From contig JALVEU010000140.1 of assembly GCA_027030565.1 (NCBI GenBank), positions 1 through 33,500 of the forward strand: a stretch of 33,500 nt of DNA, given 5' to 3'. A program made the translations under genes and the position numbers. The stretch is from Gammaproteobacteria bacterium (GTDB taxonomy: Bacteria; Pseudomonadota; Gammaproteobacteria; JAJDOJ01). Each line of letters begins with the position of its first letter. Positions within the stretch are counted from its first letter, which is position 1. Shown here piece after piece: positions 28,148 to 33,500 of this stretch. Under the pieces are notes generated by a model. That model was not told where the DNA came from, made no database searches, and saw only the letters and a program-made list of their open reading frames with translations.

Positions 28148-30970
28148 TCAGCCCGGGTTGCGGCGACGGCGTGCCGCCCAGCCGGCCGCCGCCAGACCGA
28201 GCAGCGTCCATGGGCCCAGCGCGCCACCACCACTGGCGCCCTCCACCCGCACCGCCACGGTATCCGTCGCGCTGGCGCCGCTGTCGTCGCTCACCGTCAG
28301 CTCGAAGACCAGGGTGCCATTCTCGTTGGGCGCCTGGAAGCTGGGCGTGGCCGTATCCGCGCCATGCAGCACCACGGCCGGACCGGAGACCTGGGTCCAG
28401 CGATAGCTGAGCGGATCCCCCTCCGGATCCGTACTGGCACTCCCGTCCAGTCGGACCGTCGTCTTGGCCTGCACCGTCTGGTCTGCACCGGCATCGGCAC
28501 GGGGCTTGAGGTTGATCTCCAGGGTCACGGTATCGGTCTCGGACGCGCCGAAGCGGTCCACCACCGTGAGCTGGAACGCCAGGATGCCGTCCTCGCCGGG
28601 GACCGTGAAGCTGGGCGTCTTGCTGTCCGGATCACTCAACTGGACGGCCGGGCCGAGGGTCTGCACCCAGGTATAGGTGGCGCCGTCGCCCTGGCTGCGG
28701 CTGCCATCCAGGGTCACCCGCTCGCCCTCGGTGACCTTGCCGCCGGGACCCGCGTCGGCGATCAGCGCCGTCTTGCAGATGTAGAGCCGCACGTCGTCCA
28801 GATACCAGCCCCGCGCCCCCACGTTGGGGTCCGTGGAGATCCGCCACCGGAACCGCACGTGCTGGCCCGCCAGCGGCCCCAGATCCAGGCGCGTCGACAC
28901 GTAGCCATGGCTCAGGCGCGTGAACGCCGCGTGGCCAGGGTTGGGATTGCCCTGGTTGGGATCCAGCGCCCCGTTGTAGCCCTGGCCGGAGTCGATGAGG
29001 TGACCCGCGTCGAACCAGGTCTTCCCGTTGTCGGTGCTGTACTCGAGAAACCCGCCGTCGAAGGTGCGCGTACCCGACTGCCCGAACTCGAACTCGAAGG
29101 CATGACGGAAGTGCAGATAGGCCTTGGCGGGGACGCCCACCGCCGGCACCATCTCCGCCACCGAATCGGTGGTCTCAGGCAGATCGGGCGCACTGAGCAT
29201 GGACCGGCCGGAGGTGGCGTAACCCTGCGCGTAGGCCCAGGCCACCGGCCCGCTGAACGTCTTGAAGGCCCAGTATCCGCGACTCGGATCCTCCATGTCG
29301 TCGAAGAACAGGTGGTGCGGCACCAACCCGGCCGGACACAGGGCCGCCTCGGGATTGAATCCCGGCTGCGGCTGCTCGTTCATCTCCACCGCTTCGGTGG
29401 CAGCGCGGACCTGGTCACAGTCGTCGGCGGTGATGCCCCGGGTCCCCACCAGATTGAGGCAGGCCTGATGCAGATCGTAATACAAGTCCAGATAGTCGCT
29501 GCCCGAGGTGAGCAGATTGGTCAGGGCCTCGTAATAGATGGCGGCCACCTTGTCGATGCCGAGTCCGCGGACAGTGACACCGTTGAAGGTGTCGCCATCG
29601 GTCATCAGGTAGGCGGCCTTGTTGTTGATGCCACTGTTGATGTGCACCCCGCCGTTGTCGGTGGCGGCCCGGTGGTAGAGGGGGCTGCTCATACGGTCCG
29701 GCTGCACGGTCCCGAAGGGCCCCAGGCGTTGATCGCTGGCGGGGTTGCGCATGTCGCGCACGGCACCGGAGAAGGCGATGGCATCCTCGCCGAGCAGCCA
29801 GCGAACCTCGGGAGAGTCGTCTCCAGCCCCGTCGGTCAGGTCGATGAACTCACCGAAGATGTCCGACAGCGACTCGTTGATGGCCCCAGACTGGAAGTAG
29901 TAGAAGAGGTTGGCCTCGAACTGGGTGATGCCGTGCACCATCTCGTGGCCAGCGATGTCGTCGGTGACCGCGCCGTCGCAGTACGTCATTTCGTCACCGT
30001 CCCAGAAGGCGTTGGGGCAAGACACCCCATCGTTCCAATGCACGGTGGAGATCAAGGGCGAGCCCAGGTCGTCGATTCCATCGCGACCGAATCGCTGGAA
30101 AAAGAAATCATAGGTATGGCCCGCGAAGCGGTGGGCGTCGTCGCCCTCTGGGTCGAGCCCCCCCGTGCAGTCCGGCTGCGCCTCGGTGCACAGGAGGGTC
30201 TTGCGCTGGACCGCGGTCCCGTCCGCCGAGTAGGTCAGCCGGTCCCGGGCGGCGTGGATCTGATTGAAATGCAGCGCGACCGAACCGTCGTGGGCATCGA
30301 TCAGGACCAATTCACGTACGGGGAGGCCAGTGGCCTTCACTTCCAATTTCCAGACCAGGCGCGCAGGTCCATCGCCGGGTTGCAGCAGGCGGGGGACGTA
30401 GACGAACAGCTGCGCCTCACCGGCCTGGAGTGCCGAAGGGTCCAGCCCATGCCATTTGGCCACTGCGGACAGGGCGGTGGCCCGGGCCTGCGCTGCGTCG
30501 ACCAGGGGCTGCGTGTCCACCGCTGGGCTTGCCCCCTCCCCGTTGATGGCCAGCACCGCCCCATCGGGCGACAGGTGCACCCGAAGCTCGCCGCCCAGCA
30601 CTGGGACACCGCCCACCTCCTGGCGGTAGCCCACCACGGCGCGCCCCCCATCCAGCACCCGTTTCCATACGGGCCGCAGCTGCGCGGCGGGGTCCCGCAC
30701 CCCGAACAGCGGCGCATACTGCTGGAGTGCGGCCGAGGCACGTGCCTTCACGGAGGCCCGGGCATTGAGGGGTGCGTCCACAGGCAGGGCGCCACCCGGC
30801 GGGGCACCCACGAACCGCACCTGCTGGGTGGCCGTGTCGGTGCCTACCCGCACCCCCTGCTTCTCCAGAGCGGTGACCGAAAGCGAGGCTTCGGCCCCGG
30901 TCGAGGTCCAGAGTGTCACCCCCAATGCCGCGCCCACACACCAGCGCAATCGTTCCCCGGTCGTCCACAT
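28148..30970 (-). CDS. Secreted M4 (thermolysin-like) zinc metallopeptidase with FTP/PepSY propeptide, a beta-sandwich domain, two PKD-like domains and GlyGly-CTERM
   Basis: Signal peptide ending AEA, NAFWDG, HEMVH, GAINESLSD, GGVHINSG, two ADAG...LDGS.S repeats, C-terminal SGGGALG-hydrophobic-RRRR. Confidence 0.92.
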   Translation of the reverse strand: MWTTGERLRWCVGAALGVTLWTSTGAEASLSVTALEKQGVRVGTDTATQQVRFVGAPPGGALPVDAPLNARASVKARASAALQQYAPLFGVRDPAAQLRPVWKRVLDGGRAVVGYRQEVGGVPVLGGELRVHLSPDGAVLAINGEGASPAVDTQPLVDAAQARATALSAVAKWHGLDPSALQAGEAQLFVYVPRLLQPGDGPARLVWKLEVKATGLPVRELVLIDAHDGSVALHFNQIHAARDRLTYSADGTAVQRKTLLCTEAQPDCTGGLDPEGDDAHRFAGHTYDFFFQRFGRDGIDDLGSPLISTVHWNDGVSCPNAFWDGDEMTYCDGAVTDDIAGHEMVHGITQFEANLFYYFQSGAINESLSDIFGEFIDLTDGAGDDSPEVRWLLGEDAIAFSGAVRDMRNPASDQRLGPFGTVQPDRMSSPLYHRAATDNGGVHINSGINNKAAYLMTDGDTFNGVTVRGLGIDKVAAIYYEALTNLLTSGSDYLDLYYDLHQACLNLVGTRGITADDCDQVRAATEAVEMNEQPQPGFNPEAALCPAGLVPHHLFFDDMEDPSRGYWAFKTFSGPVAWAYAQGYATSGRSMLSAPDLPETTDSVAEMVPAVGVPAKAYLHFRHAFEFEFGQSGTRTFDGGFLEYSTDNGKTWFDAGHLIDSGQGYNGALDPNQGNPNPGHAAFTRLSHGYVSTRLDLGPLAGQHVRFRWRISTDPNVGARGWYLDDVRLYICKTALIADAGPGGKVTEGERVTLDGSRSQGDGATYTWVQTLGPAVQLSDPDSKTPSFTVPGEDGILAFQLTVVDRFGASETDTVTLEINLKPRADAGADQTVQAKTTVRLDGSASTDPEGDPLSYRWTQVSGPAVVLHGADTATPSFQAPNENGTLVFELTVSDDSGASATDTVAVRVEGASGGGALGPWTLLGLAAAGWAARRRRNPG

Positions 30971-31163
30971 GATTTGTTGTCCTCGCTGCCTTTCCAGCCC
31001 TTCCGACTTCTTTCTGTCTGCGACCCCGCGCACCGCGCGGTCTGCAAGCAATGGTCCTGCGGCAAGTGCTCGCAAGCCTGTGACCGCAGGCCGCAGTACA
31101 CCCTCGCCCGCACAGCCGGGCCGGCCTCGGGTCGCGGCCCCGGCGGCGGAGCGCCGGTCACAT

Positions 31164-31679
31164 TCACTCTTCGGGCACTTGCCCCAGGCAGTCCTTGCGC
31201 GAACCGGCCGACTCGAGAAGCGCGAAATAGCCGGCCAGCTTCCTGATGAGCGCCTGACGGGGATCCGATTCCGGAAGCGGCCCCACCCAGGCGGTCCGGT
31301 GCACGCCGCGCGCATCGATCAACGTGAGATCGTAGTCCAGGCAGTCACGACACGCTGTGGACAAGGCGGCAGACGGTGCCGTTTTCCGGTCGAACTCCAC
31401 CCTCGCGGCCATCGCCGCCAGCGCGTCCAGCTCCTGCCGCGTGGCCGCGCCACGGGCGCAACGTCCCCGACGGCGGTCCGCGACCCACACCACACCATCG
31501 CCCCGCACGCGGAGCACTCGCACGAGTCCCGTCAGGCCACCGGAGACCTGGAGGCGCAGCTCCTCGAAGTCCGCACGTGTTCCTCCGGAGTCGGGGTGGG
31601 TGACGGCACAACCGAGCAGGAACAGGGAGAGCAGGGCCATGGCCGCCGTGCGGGCGCCGAGCCTACTATGTGGAGCCAT
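31164..31679 (-). CDS. Putative lipoprotein with an emfourin (M4 peptidase inhibitor)-like sequence pattern
   Basis: Lipobox FLLGC, then LQVSGGLTGL and CRDCLDYDLTL. The start is uncertain (31679 or 31640). Confidence 0.6.
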   Translation of the reverse strand: MAPHSRLGARTAAMALLSLFLLGCAVTHPDSGGTRADFEELRLQVSGGLTGLVRVLRVRGDGVVWVADRRRGRCARGAATRQELDALAAMAARVEFDRKTAPSAALSTACRDCLDYDLTLIDARGVHRTAWVGPLPESDPRQALIRKLAGYFALLESAGSRKDCLGQVPEE

Positions 31680-32214
31680 GGCCGGCGCCCTGCGATGGGT
31701 TCTGGGTGGGCGAGTGCATCGTCTGCAGTCGATACAGGATGAGTCGCACGGCCTCACGCTCCATGTCCTCGCGTCGGGCCGCCGCTTCGGCGTCGACGGC
31801 CAACACCTGGTTGGGGTCGAACAACAAGGTGCGGGTCAGGTGAAGCTGCGCCGGCCGGAGCAGGGTCCGTCCCCGGCGATCCACCACATCGTAGCGCACG
31901 TCCATGAACAGTGCATATTCTTGCGCCTTGCCGCTGGGGGCCACGGAAACCACACGCAGGCCGGAACGGTTGTGCAGGATGCGCAGGACCGCATCGGCCG
32001 GCTCCCCGGGTCCCGCCACCCGCACCCCATGGGCCTGGAGCCGCCGGCGCAGCTCGGCGCCGAGCACGGTGAAACCCGGCGCTCCCCGGATCTCGATCCG
32101 CTCGAGTCCCTGGGGCACGGCGATCTGCCCCCGCGGGTGGAAGCCGCAACCCGCGCCGACCAGCAGGCAGACCACGATCCCCCAGCCCCAAGGGTGTACC
32201 CGCCCGCCGCTCAT
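31666..32214 (-). CDS. lptE: LPS assembly lipoprotein LptE
   Basis: Lipobox [16 protein letters not shown], and the conserved position directly after leuS (ATGA overlap). Confidence 0.9.
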   Translation of the reverse strand: MSGGRVHPWGWGIVVCLLVGAGCGFHPRGQIAVPQGLERIEIRGAPGFTVLGAELRRRLQAHGVRVAGPGEPADAVLRILHNRSGLRVVSVAPSGKAQEYALFMDVRYDVVDRRGRTLLRPAQLHLTRTLLFDPNQVLAVDAEAAARREDMEREAVRLILYRLQTMHSPTQNPSQGAGHGST

Positions 32215-33500
32215 GCCACCACGAAGTTGACCAGCCGGCCGGGCACCACGACGACCTTGCGCACGGTCCTGCCCTCCAGATGGCGGGCCACGTTGGGCTG
32301 CGCCCGGGCCAGGGTCTCGAGGGTCCCGCGGTCCGCATCGGCCGGCACCACGATGCGCGCGCGCAACTTACCGTTGACCTGCACCCCGATCTCCACCGTG
32401 GCCGAGACCAGCGCGGCCTCGTCCACCTGCGGCCAACCCGCCTCGAGCACATCCTCACCCAGACCGAGTGCACGCCACAAGGCGTGGGTGATGTGCGGTG
32501 CGATGGGGGCCAGCAGGCGCAGCACGATGGACAGTCCTTCGCGCAGCACGGCATCGGCATCACGGCCGGACCCGAGCCGCGTCAAGACGTTTACCATGGT
32601 CATGGCCGCCGAGACTACCGTGTTGAACTGCTGGCGTTCGTAGTCGTAGAGTGCCTTCTTCAAGGCCGCGTGGATTTCGCGCCGGGCGTCACGCAGCGTC
32701 TCGTCCAGCCCGGCGGGATCCACTTGTGCGGCCTCCCGCACCGATGCTGCACGCTCCTGCGCCAGATTCCACAGACGGCGCAGGAAGCGGTGCGCCCCTT
32801 CGACCCCCTCGTCCGACCACTCCAAGGTCTGATCCGGGGGTGCGGCGAACATGACGAACAGGCGCACGGTATCGGCCCCGAACCGGTCGATGAGCGCCTG
32901 CGGGTCCACGCCGTTGTTCTTGGACTTGGACATCTTCTCGAGGCCACCGGGGGTGACCGGTTGCCCGTCGTGCCGCCACACCGCGCGCAGCACCCGGCCC
33001 TTCTCGTCGCGTTCCACCTCCACCTCGGCCGGATTGAACCACTCGATGCGCCCGTCCTCGTGCCTGCGATAATAGGTCTCGGCGACCACCATGCCCTGGG
33101 TGAGCAGCCGCGTGAACGGCTCGTCACAGTGCACGAGTCCCTCGTCACGCATCACCTTGTGGAAGAACCGGGCGTAGAGCAGATGCAGGATGGCATGCTC
33201 GATGCCCCCCACGTACTGATCCACCGGCATCCAGTAGTCGACCCGTTCGTCCACCATGGCGGTGGCACAGTCGTGGGAGCAATACCGCGCGAAATACCAA
33301 GAGGACTCCACGAAGGTGTCGAAGGTGTCGGTCTCCCGCCGCCGGCCGTCGCCCAGGTCGTAGAACTCGGGCATCCGTGCCAGGGGCGAGCCGGTGCCGT
33401 CCACCACCACGTCCTCGGGCAACACCACGGGGAGCTCGGGGGCAGGCTCGGGGGTACCGTCAGGAGCGTAGACCACGGGGATGGGACAGCCCCAGTAGCG
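32211..33500 (-). CDS. leuS: Leucine--tRNA ligase, C-terminal part (5' end lies outside the window)
   Basis: RYWGCPIP at the window edge, [39 protein letters not shown]. Confidence 0.97.
   Translation of the reverse strand, partial: RYWGCPIPVVYAPDGTPEPAPELPVVLPEDVVVDGTGSPLARMPEFYDLGDGRRRETDTFDTFVESSWYFARYCSHDCATAMVDERVDYWMPVDQYVGGIEHAILHLLYARFFHKVMRDEGLVHCDEPFTRLLTQGMVVAETYYRRHEDGRIEWFNPAEVEVERDEKGRVLRAVWRHDGQPVTPGGLEKMSKSKNNGVDPQALIDRFGADTVRLFVMFAAPPDQTLEWSDEGVEGAHRFLRRLWNLAQERAASVREAAQVDPAGLDETLRDARREIHAALKKALYDYERQQFNTVVSAAMTMVNVLTRLGSGRDADAVLREGLSIVLRLLAPIAPHITHALWRALGLGEDVLEAGWPQVDEAALVSATVEIGVQVNGKLRARIVVPADADRGTLETLARAQPNVARHLEGRTVRKVVVVPGRLVNFVVA

Noticed and set aside
28079-31246. 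1055-aa plus-strand ORF
   Set aside because: Antisense to the M4 peptidase, with no domain signature.

Overview
GC-rich bacterial window, most likely from a gammaproteobacterium (inferred from the nadK-recN-fur-bamE-ratB-ratA-smpB order, lptE and sigma32-type promoters). From 15.5 to 28 kb and 31.7 to 33.5 kb it is mostly housekeeping genes: dapB, dnaJ, dnaK, grpE, hrcA with a CIRCE operator, nadK, recN, fur, bamE, ratB/ratA, an NSS transporter, smpB, lptE and partial leuS. The standout is a 14-gene minus-strand operon (3229-15332). Its order and active-site motifs match the Thermococcales MBX/MBS membrane-bound sulfane-sulfur reductase: Mrp-type antiporter subunits plus NuoH/B/C/D/I homologs. 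The large subunit keeps only two of the four NiFe-ligand Cys, the NuoI-like subunit is fused to a GltD/NfnB-like flavoprotein, and a coupled ferritin-like di-iron protein ends the operon. The operon carries two nested repeat families, and one 75-nt REP doublet has been absorbed in-frame into a coding sequence. Two other accessory items stand out. One is a membrane diguanylate cyclase with a prenyltransferase-repeat sensor domain. The other is a GlyGly-CTERM thermolysin-like M4 peptidase preceded by a lipoprotein resembling the M4 inhibitor emfourin. No rRNA, tRNA, tmRNA, CRISPR array or transposase was recognised. All calls come from reading motifs by eye; no searches were run.
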